A stretch of 62,403 nt of DNA, filler included, from Chiloscyllium plagiosum (GCF_004010195.1; 3 parts of one record of this genome joined end to end with filler, not necessarily neighbours in it); one strand, 5' to 3'; counted from the whole stretch's first letter, positions 36,254 to 48,544 are shown. The notes: generated by a model not told the origin, from the letters alone. Numbers and translations: made by a program.

Positions 36254-36879
36254 AACAGTGTTGCATCTTTTAACTGGAAAGTTAAACCCTTCTTAAACTG
36301 AACTCAATGGACAATTTAATAATTTCAGGTCATAGCATTTGCCTCCATTTCTTCATCGAGTTGCTATTGGTAATAAGTCTTCTCAGATCTATTTCTTTTC
36401 CTCTTTAATGCAGCAAAGTACAGCAGATGTTGTAATTGGGAAATAAAAGCAAAAGGTGCTGGTGAAATTCAGCATCTGTGGATAGAGAACTGATAGAACT
36501 CTTCTTCAGGACATAGAACTAAGTACATTTTTGTATGAAAGGTATTAGGCTTAACAGTGTTAATTGAAACAGTGAAGAAGACAAGGACAGAGGGGTCAGA
36601 CTGCAAGCAAGGTGAGAATGTAAAATGTCAAACAACCATAAGTTCAAGATTGCATCTACTAACTGAAGGGAAATATTCCATAAAGGAATCTGTAATTCCC
36701 CCAATGTAGAGGACACCAGATTGTGAACAGTGAAAACTGAATAATAAATTGAATGTACACGTAAATCTGTTTCACCCAGTATTTGTTGAGCCCTTGGAAA
36801 GTGAACAAGGACAAGATTAAAAGGCATTTTTAAAAGTAGTTAATTACCAGTGAAGTGTTTGCCATGCCTTCAGGTCTGA

Positions 36880-38095
36880 AAGAAGCTATATATAGACATA
36901 TGACTTAGATGAGGGAACTAAATGCAATATTTCAAAATTTGCTGATGACATAAAATGAGTGGGATTATGAATTGTGAAGAGGATGCAAAGAAGCTTCAGG
37001 GATTCTGGACAAGTTGAGCATGTGGACAAATACATGTGAGCCAGATGTAGAAGAACATGGATAAATGTGAAGTTATATAATTCAGTGTGAAAAACAAAAA
37101 TAAAAATGGTGATATACTGGGAAATGTGAATGAACAAAGGGATTGAGGTATCCTTATACAACAGTCAATTAAAGTCAGCAGGCAGGTCCAGCAAGCAATT
37201 AGAAATGTAAATTGTATGTTACCTGCATTGCATGAAGACTTGAATTCAGATGTAGGGATTTAATTAGATTCCCAACAGTGTGGAAACAGGCCCTTTGGCC
37301 CAACAAGTCCACACCGACCCTCTGAAGAGTAACCCACCCAGACCCATTTCCTTCTGACGAATGCACCTAACACTATGAGCAATTTAGCATGGCCAATTCT
37401 CCTGACCTGCACATCTTTGGACTGTGGGAGGAAACCGGAGCACCCAGAGGAAACCCTCGCAGACACGGGGAGAATGTGTAAGCTCCACACAGACAGTCGT
37501 CTAAGGCTGGAATCGAACCTGGGTCCCTGGCACTGTGAGGCAGAAGTGCTCACCATGTCTTAGTGCAGGTACTCACATCGATGATGAGACTGCACGTGGA
37601 GCATGGTGTGCAGTTTTGGTCTTGTCAACTAAGGGAGGACATATCGCTGGAGATGGAATGCAGTGGAGGTTCACAAAACAGTTATTGGGCTGAAGCTATC
37701 ATAAGAGGAGTGATTGGTTCAACTGAGCCTGAAACTTCACTGGAGTTTAGAAGGATGAGAGGGGATGTGATTGAAACAGATAAAATTTTAACAAGACTGC
37801 GTAGACCAGATGAAGGGAACATGTTTCCCCTAGTTGGGAAGTCTAGAAACAGGGGTCATTGTCTCAGGATATGAAGTAAGCCATTTAGGATTGAGGAGAG
37901 GGAAAGTACTCCACTCAGACGCTGTGGAGGTAGGGCCCCAGATTATATTCAAGAAGTAGATTGATTAATTTTTAAGCATTAAGGATATCTAGTGGTATGA
38001 TGACAATGCAAGGATGTGGTGCTGAGATGAGGATCAGCCATGAAAAGTGGAACAGGCTTGAAAGGCTGAGTGGACAACCTCTGCTCCTAGAACCT
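36880..38095 (+). mobile_element. Degenerate CR1 RT/3' fragment interrupted by a SINE
   Basis: ..DLDEGTKCNISKFADD.. near 36900-36950; LHVEHGVQFWS..FRRMRGDVIE. Confidence 0.8.
37262..37557 (-). mobile_element. HE1-like V-SINE
   Basis: Reverse complement of the SINE at 39716. B box GGTTCGATTCC, V-domain, tail. Confidence 0.9.
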
Positions 38096-38204
38096 ACTTG
38101 ACTGCAAGTTTTTTTTGTTCATGCTCCCCATCAGGAACTCTCACTTGGTAATTAAATGGTATTACTACCAGCTACAGGGCTGACAAGAGATTTAATTGAA
38201 CAGA

Positions 38205-40470
38205 CATACATCTTACATAGGACATAAAACAGTACAGCACAGAAACGGGCCCTTCAACCCACGATGTTGTGCCAAACATGATGTCAAATTTAAACCAATT
38301 CCTTCTCCCTGACCTTGGTTCACATCTTGTCAATTCTTGCACATTCATGTCCTTCTCTAAATGTCCCTTAAACATCCCTATCTTATCTGCCTCTACCATT
38401 ATCCCTGGAGATGTGTTCCAGACTCCTACCTTGTTGTGTGTAAAAAACTTTCCCCTCACATCTCCTTTGAACCTTTCTCCTCCCACCTTAATTACATACC
38501 CCCGAGTGTTAGACATTTCAACTTTGGGAAAAAGATTCTGATTGTCAGCGCTATCAATGCATCTCATAATTTTATCGACTTCTATCAAGTCTTCTGTCAG
38601 CCTCAGCTACTCCAGAGAAAACAACCCAAATTTTACTAGACTCTTATTATAGCTCATATCCTCTAATCCAGGAAGCAACCTTGTAAACCTCTTCTGCATC
38701 CTCTTCAAAGCCTACACATCCTTCTTGTAATTTTGCAACCAGAAATGAACACAATACTTTAAGTGTGGCCCAACCAAATTTTATGAAGTTGCAACATGGC
38801 ATCCTGACTCTTGTACTCAATTTCCTAAACAATAGGAAAGCATGCCATATGTCTTCTTTACTACCCTATCTACTTGTGTGGTCGCTTTCAGGGAGCTATG
38901 GATTTGAACCCCAAGATCCCTCCATACATTAATGCTGTTTAGGGTTCTGCCATTAACTGTAAACTTTTCCTTAACATTTGATCTCACAAAAAACTTCAAA
39001 CTTGGATTAAACTCCATTTGCCATTTCATCCCCAATATCTGCGACTGACTTATACCCCGCTGTATGCTTTGACAACCTTCAACACTATCCACAACTCCAC
39101 TGATGTATGTGTCATCTGCAAACTTACTAACCCACCCATCTACATTTTCATCCAAGTCATTTATATGCATCATAAACAGCAAAGCTCCCAGTACGGATCC
39201 CTGTGGAACACCACTAGGTCACGGAACCCCAGTCAGAAAAGCACCCTTCCACCATTACCCTCTGTGTTCTATGGGCAAGACAATCCACGTGGCCAAGTCA
39301 CCATGGATCCCATGCAGCTTAATCTTTTGGATGGGCCTACCATGAGGCCTATTAAAATCCATGTCAAAAACATCAATGACTCTACCTTCATTAACCTCCA
39401 CCACCTCTCAAAACATTCAACCAAGTTAGTGAGGCATGACTTTCCCTGCACAAACCCATGTCTGTAATTAGGCATACTATTCCAAATGCACATAGATTCC
39501 ATCCATAAGAATTCTCTTCAATTGCTTCCCAATCACTGATGTGAGACTCACCAGTCCATTGTTTAGTGGATTATCCCTATTTCCCTTCTTGAACAGACAA
39601 AGAACATTAGCTACTTGCTAGTCCTCCAGGACCTCTCAAGTGGTTAGCGAGGATACAAAAATCTTGGTTAAGGCCCAGCAATTTCCTGTCTTGTCTCTCT
39701 CTCTCTCAACAATATGGGTGGCACAGTGGCTCAGTGGTTAGCACAACTGCCTCACAGCACCAGGGTCCCAGGTTCTATTCTGGCCTCGGGCAACTGTCTG
39801 TGTGGAGTTTGCACGTTCTCCCTGTGTCTGCGTGGGTTTCCTCCAGATGCTCCGGTTTCCTCCCACAGTCCAAAAATGTGCGGGTCAGGTGAATTGGCCA
39901 TGCCAAGTTGCCCATAGTGTTAGGTGCATTAGTCAGAGGGAAAAGGGTCTGGGTGGGTTACTCTTCAGAGGGTCGGTGTGGACTTGTTGGGCTGAAGGGC
40001 CTGTTTCCACACTGTAGGGAATCTAATCAATCATAAAAAACCTGGGTAGATAGCATTGGTCCCAGGGGACTAATCCACCTTAATGCTCTTCATGTGAACC
40101 AATACCACCTCTTTCACAAAATTCCCTAGCATATTAGCATGCCCCACACCAATCTCACTATTCGCCTTATCCTTCTTCTGGGTGAATGTCAATGCAAAGT
40201 ACTCATTTTGGATCTTGCCCCTAACCTCTGCCTCCAAGCTCAAGTTTCCTCTTTTATCCATGAGTGGTCCTACATTTTCTCTCACGATCTTCTTGTTTTT
40301 AATGTATGTATAGAATGCCTTGGGATTCTCTTTAACTCTACTTTCCATGGTCATTTCATAGCCCTTTCTTGATCGCTTAGTTCTCGGCTTGAGGTTTGCC
40401 CTGCTTTTTTATATTCCTCATGGGCCTTATCCAGTTTTAGTTTCCTAAACCTTACATTTGCTTCTTTTAT
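38205..40470 (-). mobile_element. Degenerate CR1 LINE ORF2 to 3' tail, interrupted by a SINE
   Basis: KENPKAFYTYIK, HGFVQGKSCLTNL, HINDLDENVDGWVSKFADDT, FKGDVRGKFFT; tail near 38210. Confidence 0.9.
39716..40028 (+). mobile_element. HE1-like V-SINE nested in CR1
   Basis: GGGTGGCACAGTGGCTCAGTGGTTAGCAC head, V-domain, tail GGGCCTGTTTCCACACTGTAGGGAATCTAATC. Confidence 0.9.
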
Positions 40471-40502
40471 TAAGAGAAATCTTCTGAAGTAATGGTCCTA
40501 CT

Positions 40503-40855
40503 GGGGGAGGTGACAGCTTAGTGGTATTATCTCAGTGGACTTAGTTAATGTTCTGCAGACCCAGGTTTGAAACCTGTCACGGCGAATGATGAACTTTACT
40601 TTCAATAAAAATCCGGAATTAAGAATGTAATGATGACCATGAAACCATTGTTGATTGTCAGGAAAACCCCATCTGTTTCACTGATGTCCTTTAGGACAGG
40701 AAGCTGTAATCCTTACTTGGTCTGGTCATCCTGTCATCCTTATATATGACTCCAGACCCACAACAATGTGGTTGACTCTTAACTGCTCTCTGGGTAGTTA
40801 GGGAGAGCAATAAATGCTGACTTAGCCAGTGTTACCCCCACCTTGTGAATTATTA
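40503..40855 (+). mobile_element. DeuSINE (SacSINE1-like)
   Basis: tRNA-like head; central AATGATGACCATGAAACCATTG…CCCATCTG…GTCCTTTAGG; tail GCAATAAATGCTG…. Confidence 0.75.
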
Positions 40856-40879
40856 TTTTTTTAATCGCTGGAGCAGATT

Positions 40880-41970
40880 AGATCAGGAGTAAGTCATTCA
40901 GTGCCTGTTCTGCTTGTCAATGAGATCATTGCTCTGTGGCCTAACTTCATACACCTACCTTAGGTCAATATTTCTTGACACCTTTGCTTAATTAAAACTT
41001 GTCTATCTCAGATTTAAATTTGACTATTGGGTAGCATTGACTGTAATTTGAGGAAGAATGCCCTAAAGCTCTACTAATCTTTGCATGTAGAAGTGTTTTC
41101 TAAAATCTCTCCTGAATGGCCTAGTCCCAATTGTTACACTATGCTCCCCAAGTCAATCATTAGAAATAGTTTATCCTTATCTACCCTGTCTTTCCCTGTA
41201 AAATTCCTGAAGACGTTGATTAGATAATCCATTAACCTGCTAAATTCTAGAGAATAAAGGCTTAATTTGCCTAACCTCTCCTCACAACTTAGCCCCTAAA
41301 GTCCATGTTTCATCTTTGTAAACCTTTGTTGAACTTCCTCCAAGAACAAAACATCCTTCCTAAGGTGTGCTGCCCAATCTGCTCACAGTCCTCTAATAGC
41401 TAGGCTTTTGCAAAACTGCAGCATGATATCTGCATCCCAATACTCCAGCCCTTTAGCTATGAAGGCCAACATTCCAATCACCTTCTTGACTATTTTCTGC
41501 GCATGTTTGTGGTAGTTTATTGAGCTATAGATCTGAGCCCCAAAATCTTGTTATCCACTGTATTTAACTTTGTGCATTCTAAAAAATACCCTGATCTATC
41601 CTTTTATGGTCAAAATGGATAACCTCACACTTCCTTATATTAAAACCCTTCTGCCACAGTTTTACCCAATCACCTAATTGATCAATATCCTGTTATAATT
41701 TTTTATGCTGTCATGTATGTTGTTTACAATGCAGCCCTGTTTGTGTCATCAGCAATTTTGGATATTTGACTTTTTATGCCATTATCCGAGAAAATGTTAA
41801 AGAATATTATGAATAATTGAAGCACCAGCATGGATCCCTGCGGGACACCACGAGTCACGTCCTACCTATGTGAGTACTTAACCATTATTCCAACTCACTG
41901 TTTCCTGCCACTTAATCAATTTCCTATCTCTGTCAGTATTTTGCCCTCAATTCTGTAGGTTTCAACTTTA
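40880..41970 (-). mobile_element. Old degenerate CR1 RT/3' fragment
   Basis: Reverse strand shows GVPQGSMLV.Q and K(I)ADDT remnants (41750-41850) and a CR1-type tail near 40885. Confidence 0.65.
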
Positions 41971-43820
41971 ACTAGCAGTCTTCCTCCAAGACAATCCCTG
42001 AAGAATTAACTTACATGTTATTGATTTGGAGTACTTCTCTGCTCTACAATAGGAACAATCCATGGACCTACCACTGAAAAATAACAAAAGGCATGTTGAG
42101 GGAGACAACACAGATACCACAAAGAATGAAGAAGTGCTCCGATACTTGACTTTAAATGCAGTGCACTGAAGAATGCTTTACAAGGGCATTATGTGTTCCC
42201 TGTAACTGACTATTTGTCACATTCCTTCGACCTCCACTGAATTCTATTTAACAAAGTTCAATATTGGTATTAATGTCACTCAACATTACAAAATCTTTGT
42301 GTTCAAAGATTTTCAAAAGATTTATCATTTTACTGACTTCTAAAAATTAGTAAAGTCTAATTATCATCCATGTGTGAGCCTCTGGTATATTTGTTCTAAG
42401 ATCTCTTATCTACGGCAGTGTTCTATGAGAGATTTCAACGCTGAAGGTAAGATGTTACCATGGCTCTATCAAGGGCTCTTGTGATGCTCATTGCCTTGGG
42501 CATTAAAGCTGGGGTCACGGGCACTATACCCTCTAATTTTCTTAACAGAGGTCGGTGCATGGCTGACGCATCCAGAACTGGAACTCAATGCCACTATCGG
42601 TGTGTCAACATCATTAAGAGTCAACCACATTGGTGTGAATTTGGAATCCATGTCAGCCACACAAGAATACTTCCCCTGAAGTTATTAGTGATACATGTAG
42701 CAATACAACAGCAGCTAAACTGTGTATATACTCCTCAAATGGACTTTTCCAAATTCTCCCCCATTTATCCATCCAAAATCACACCAATTGCTTGATATAA
42801 GCATATACAAAATATTCTCAACATAACAACCTGGTGCAGCATTATGTTGTTGGTTATCTATCACTTAATGTGATATAAAACACTGGTCACTCTTGTTTGT
42901 TACGAAATTCTTCAGGTGATTTGGCCCTATAGACTAGGTATACACCATTGCTATAACCCAGTATAAGCCTTTATTGCAATAAACAGGCCTCACACAACAA
43001 AATAAATTAGGGGGATCATTGGCCCTACCATCACACACTAATGATGGCTTATTCACAGTCCACTGATGTTCCATTCATCCCACTGTCTGTATTGTCCAAT
43101 TCACAACCCAAGACATCTCATTGAGGATGACCGTGCTACAGTATCTGTTTTGGTGATCATATGCTCCAGAATTGATTGCTGAGTGTTGGTGTCATACTTG
43201 AGTACCTCACACAAATTCTTTCATACTCTCTGACATACTCTGTCCAGCTGGTGGTCCAATTTACTGAATAACTGCGGGTGCTTAAAAGCATCATTATTTT
43301 ACATACTGTACATTGTTATGAAGGACTGCAATGCTGCCCTCTGCAGCAGAGTTGAGTTCCAAACTTGCACTCAAGTGAGCCGTTTTCTCAGCTGCTGTAC
43401 TACCTGCACCCAATCACTTGTGTTCAATGAATTATATGATGGGGACCTTTGAAATCTTGCTCTATGCCATATGGAGTACTAATTCTTAGAAGAGTAAGAT
43501 CAAGTAATGATATATTTACAGGCAAGTGCTTCACCATAGTCTATAGGGCCATGTCATCTGAAGTAACAAAAAGTCACCAAGGTTTTACATCATGTTAAGG
43601 GTGAGAAGTGATAGGTAACTGGTAATACAATGCTGCATCAGGTTGTCATGTTGAGAATATTTTGTGTATGCTTATATCATACTGTAGATATGATACTGAA
43701 TAGACAAATGAGGGAGTATTTGGAAGAGCCCATATTGGGAGTTTGTGAATGATTTTATGTCAGATTTCAGAAAAAAAAGGAATAGACAATTTCCAAAAAC
43801 TTGGTATAAAAGAGAATAGA

Positions 43821-44043
43821 GTCGAGATTGTGGTGCTGGAAAAGCACAGCAGGTCAAGCAGCATTCGAAGAGCAGGAAAATTGATGTTTCAGGCAAAAAC
43901 CATTCATCAAGAAAAGCCCTGATGAAGGGCTTTTGCCCAAAATGTCAACTTTCCTGCTCCTCGGATGCTGCCGGACCTGCTGTGCTTTTCCAGCACCACA
44001 TTCTCGACTCTAATCTCCAGCATCAGCAGTACTCACTTTCACC
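43821..44043. mobile_element. Short palindromic Penelope-like insertion (family A) with a ~15-bp TSD
   Basis: 95-bp inverted arms 43817-43911 and 43918-44012, then a 3' tail. Flanking ATAAAAGAGAATAGA (43806-43820) and ATAAAAAAGAATAGA (44044-44058). Confidence 0.85.
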
Positions 44044-45807
44044 ATAAAAAAGAATAGAAAACTCTCAAAAACACTTTCAGTAAGCCTGCATATGTCTTTG
44101 TCAAGGATACTGATAGACATGTCTCGAAGAGTGCCAGAGTTAATGGCAGAGTTAATAGTGTAGCAGAACATAGTCATTTTCATGTATCCTCCCTTTCATT
44201 ATCTTACAGCTTTTCCTGTAAGAAGTGGTGTTTCTAACGATGTGTGAAGTAGTTTAGTATTGTGTTCATAATGAAAAGAAGAAGCAGCAAGTGTACTTAA
44301 AAGTAAAGAGAGAGAAAAACTGAGAATTATCGCAACTACTGAGAGTCTCTAAGCAAACAGAAGGCGATATGATGAAGTGTGATGAATTATAATTTGAGAC
44401 ACTTGGGCAATGTGGAATAGTCGGGGGTATTTATGCTTGAGTTAAAATAGGATAGTGCAAGAATGCATAGGAAATTAGAAAGCTGTTACAGGGGAACTTT
44501 CTCTTGGCAACCCTCACGAGTTCATTATTTTTTCTTCTAAACTACAGCCAAGTCCTCTTGCTGCTGACTAATTCAACATGGTTTAGTAGGGGAAGAGGAC
44601 CAGCTTCCTGTTCCTCCCATGCTCAGATAATTTCATTGGAGAACTGGGAGCCCCAGGCAATATCATGCTGCCTACTGCTTCAATAATTCATTCTTCACAT
44701 GCTGTCATTGTAAAATATACTGCCCCTTTGAGGGGTTGCAGACCTCCAGTAAATAATGCATGCTCTGTTCAATTTCTCACCTTCTCAATAGATTTGCAGC
44801 CAAAGATACTACCCCCCAAAAAACATTTCTAACTGTTTATTTGACACAAAAGATCAGGAGAAAAGAGAAATTGGCCAGAAAATGCCAACTGAATATTTTT
44901 TTCAGCGAGGGAGATTACTAGAGTTCAGAAGAATTTAAGAACCTTACAAGGTACAAAGACACAAATAACTGGTAAATCCTGTGTTTATAAGAGTTTAATT
45001 CCTGATTACTGGAGCAAAGCTCAGACAACCATGAGGTAATAGATGTGAGGAACAGGTCAAATTAGTGTGACATAACATTCTTCATCACACAGCTATCCTG
45101 GAGTTGGACCCAAGCATTCCAAACAAAGTTGCACTGCCCAGTAATGATGAGATTGCTTAAATCTATGAATGTTTACAACTGTGAGATTTATCAGAAATAA
45201 ACTGAAATACTGAGATTGTTCATGTGTAATGCTTTGCCTACTCAAATCTGTAAACTTTTCAGATGTTCCCAAAATCCAAACTATATTTGGGGAATTTATA
45301 TTAATTTCCAACACCGAATCTAGTATTAGATTGCAGTAAGTAAACTCCAACCAATGCTGAGTTGCTGTCATTTTTTAGGACTTCATTGTAATGTAAATTT
45401 TTTTGAGTTAATATTATACATTTTAACAACATTTATTGATAGATATCAAAGTATTATTAATTTAGTTATCAACAATGTGTTATGAAAGAAAAGGCTGTTC
45501 ATGATTTAATAGTTAGGATTCTACCTTGATTCAAAAAGGTTCATTCATCTAATATTTTCTCTTTTTTTGTATTCTTTGTCTCAAGGCAGGTCTTTAGCCA
45601 TTATTCAACAAACTGTGGCAAAATGCTGTGATTTTTTTTCAAAAGGCAAAAACAATAGATGTCATCCTGGGTCTACTTCAATCTGAATGCAAATTGTAAC
45701 TGATGCTATGTATTACTTTGATTTACATGCTATCCATTTGGCCAGTTGAGCTAACAACATCTCTCCCAGCTTCTATGTTTCCAAACCCAACTATAAAGAT
45801 CAATGTA

Positions 45808-46200
45808 ACAAAACCAGAAACTGCTGAAGAAACTCAGCAGATCCAGCAGCATCTGTGAAGGAAAAAAACAGTGTTAATGTTTTCAGTTGAAGGACCTGCT
45901 TCAGAACTGATAGCAGCTAGGAAAATGTCATGTTTTTACTGATAATAGGAGTGGGAGTGGGATAGGGGAGAAGGAGCGCATGAATAGGTGGCAGACAAAT
46001 GGTTTGAGATAGTAAACCAGGGAAGAAAAAAATTTGTGATAACTGAGACAATGAATGGTTAAAAATAGGTTGTCCGTGGTGAGAGCAACCCATGCCATGA
46101 CAGGACTGAGGGTTTGGGAGTGATAGTAGACATAGAAAGAGTTGTTCATGCTGTAGAATGATTAAACCTGATATTGAGTCCTGAAGGCTGTAATGCTGAA
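45808..46200 (-). mobile_element. PLE 3'-end fragment (family C)
   Basis: Reverse strand has …CAGCCTTCAGGACTCAATATC (QPSGLNI, end of the endonuclease) upstream of GTT-CTGAAGC…GAAAACATT-AAC. Confidence 0.6.
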
Positions 46201-46364
46201 GTACTGCAATGTGCTTAAGAAAGAATTGTTGGCTACATGGTGGTATGTACTGGAAGGAACGGTTCCTGCATCTGCTGGTAGCATCCCACTAGATGTGGCA
46301 GAGATTACAGCTTATGAACCTAAAGATCAATGAAATTTGAACCAGGCTGGATCAAGAGGAGGCT

Positions 46365-46722
46365 GCAGCATAGAGGTAATGACTAGCAATCCAGAGTGCC
46401 AGACCAATTTTCAAATAATAGGTTTGAATCCCACCATGGCGGATGAAATTTAAATTCAATGAAACAAAAAATCTGGAATTAAACATGCTACTTAAATGAT
46501 GTCCACTGTTAAGTGTTATAAAAACTCATTTGCTTTACTATTGTTGTTGAGGGAAGGAAATCTGCTGTCCTTTCTCATCTGGCCTACACATAATGTGATT
46601 GACTTTTAATTGCACAAAGTAATGGCCGAGCAGACCAATCAGTTCAAGGACAATAAGGAATGGGCAATAAGTGCTGTCCCAGCCAGTGATGCTCACATTC
46701 CATAATATCAAGAATTTAATAA
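46365..46722 (+). mobile_element. DeuSINE (SacSINE1-like), degenerate
   Basis: GGTTTGAATCCCACCATGGC…AAATTCAAT…GGGAAGGAAATCTGC…TCTGGCCTACA…GGGCAATAA. Confidence 0.7.
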
Positions 46723-46879
46723 AGCAAGCCAGATTCAACACCTTGTACTTGACTATATACATGGCAATCTATCCTCCTGTTAATCTGATTTGATGTGGTG
46801 TTGTCATAGGATGTAGCTGGAATTCCACCAAATTTGACACCTTCAAGGCCTACTTCCCACCTAGTGGCCTAAAAGGCAT

Positions 46880-47480
46880 ATACAATCAAAGAATCATGGA
46901 AATGTTATTGATTAGAAGGAGACAATTCTGTCCACGTGTCTGCACTATCTCTCCAAATGAGCATTATGATGTAGTGCCATTCTCCTGTATTTTCCCTGGA
47001 ACCCCACACATTTTGTTTTCAAATAATCATCTATTTCTATCTTGATTGCCTTGATGGAGCCTGCCTCCAGCGCACTTCCTGGCAGTGGTGCATTCCAGAT
47101 CCAAACCATTAGCTGTGTGAAAAAAGGTTTTGTAATTTTGCATTTCCTTCTTTTCCGAATTACTTTAAATCCATATTTTCTCATTCTTGAACTTCTTATA
47201 GATGGGAACAGTTTCTGCTTAATGATCCATAGAGACACTTCATGATTTTGAAAGTGTCTGTAATATCTTCTCTTAGCCTTCACTTCTCCAAGGACATCTG
47301 ACCCAATTTCTCCAATCTATCCTCATAACTGGAGTTTGTAGTGCAAAGGAACTGCTTTCATAAAACTGTTCTTCACTCTATCCAATGTATTCATGTCCGT
47401 CAAAATCTATGGCACCCAGAATAGTGCACAAACTCCAACTGAGGACTAACTACTTGTCTTGCGCAAATTCAGCACAGCCT
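46880..47480 (-). mobile_element. Degenerate CR1 3' fragment
   Basis: FFTQLMVWIWNA..EAGSIKAIKIEIDDYLK; CALFWVP remnant near 47410-47430. Confidence 0.7.
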
Positions 47481-47535
47481 CCTTATTCTGTTAAAAATCA
47501 CACAGGTTATAGTCCAACAGGTTTAATTGGAAGCA

Positions 47536-47570
47536 CACTAGCTTTCGGAGCGACGCTCCTTCATCAGGTG
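47536..47570 (-). ncRNA. Minimal hammerhead ribozyme motif (PLE family B), intact
   Basis: CAC-CTGATGA-A-GGAGC-GTC-GCTCC-GAA-AGCT-A-GTG: 3-bp stem I, 5-bp stem II, palindromic AGCT at stem III. Confidence 0.78.
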
Positions 47571-47977
47571 ATAGTGGAGGGCTCGATCGTAACACAGAAT
47601 TTATAGCAAAAATTTACAGTGTGATGTAACTGAAATTATATATTGAAAAATTGATTGTCTATTAAGCCTTCATCTGTTAGAATACAGTGATAGTTTCACT
47701 TCTTTCATGTGTAAATCACAAAACCTTTTTTTTAAAGTTGCATTCTCAGGTTAGCTGTTAACAATGGTGATAGCTAGACAATATGTTGAAGGTGTTGTCC
47801 CCCTATGTTCTCTGTCTATACAATGATGTTTAGATTGATTCTAATCTAAAAAGTGAGATAACAGAGTTTTACATAAATTCATGCAGTTTTTGAGCTCAGA
47901 GTTCTACATGAATGCATGCAGTTTTTGAGCAAAGTACAATGTCACTCTGCAAGTACAAATTCACCCCACAAAATATA

Positions 47978-48207
47978 CGTGTGCATGTGGGTCTTTGTCT
48001 GTCTGTGTGTGTGTGTCTGTCTGGGTTGGGGTTGTGAGTGTGGGAAAGTGTATGTGTGTGTGTAGCGAGTGCAGAGTGTCTTAAGTCTGTGAGGGGGTGC
48101 ATGTGTGAGTGTGGGAGTGTGTGTGTCTATAAGGGTGTGTGTGGGTGTCTGTGTGCGCGTCTGTGTGTACCTGTGTCCGTGTGTATGTGAGAGTGTGTGT
48201 GTGTGTA
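47978..48207. repeat. Imperfect (TG)n microsatellite within the PLE 3' UTR
   Basis: Long interrupted TGTGTG tract. Confidence 0.85.
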
Positions 48208-48544
48208 GTGCAATGGTGATCACCTGTAATGTGACATGAACCCAAGGTCCCAGTTGAGGCCCTCCCTATGGGTACCGAAACATCTTCCAATTAAACCTGT
48301 TGGACTATAACTTGGTGATGTGTGATTTTTAACTTTATTTGTCCAGCAACTTTCATATGTGTTTCCCTGTGCTCACTGTAATCTACCCTGATTACCAAAC
48401 ATACTTCAACATATTGCTGTGAGGTTATACAGAGAGAAATGAGTCAATCTTCATACCTGTGAACTGGAAACTTGTATTAACTATATACCATACCTACAGT
48501 AATACACAGGAGAGAGTATACAACCTTTCTGTCTTGCGCCTGGT

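Larger units (their letters stand above)
47490..48340 (-). mobile_element. Penelope-like element 3' end (family B) with inverted terminal copy
   Basis: The - strand at 48279-48220 encodes FGTHREGLNWDLGFMSHYR* (end of the PLE endonuclease). It is followed by a (CA)-rich 3' UTR and a hammerhead. Inverted arms at 47490-47533 and 48284-48333. Confidence 0.85.

Noticed and set aside
47896..48223. His/Thr-rich ORFs (also 29560-30061)
   Set aside because: Translations of (CA)n and (CACT)n simple repeats.
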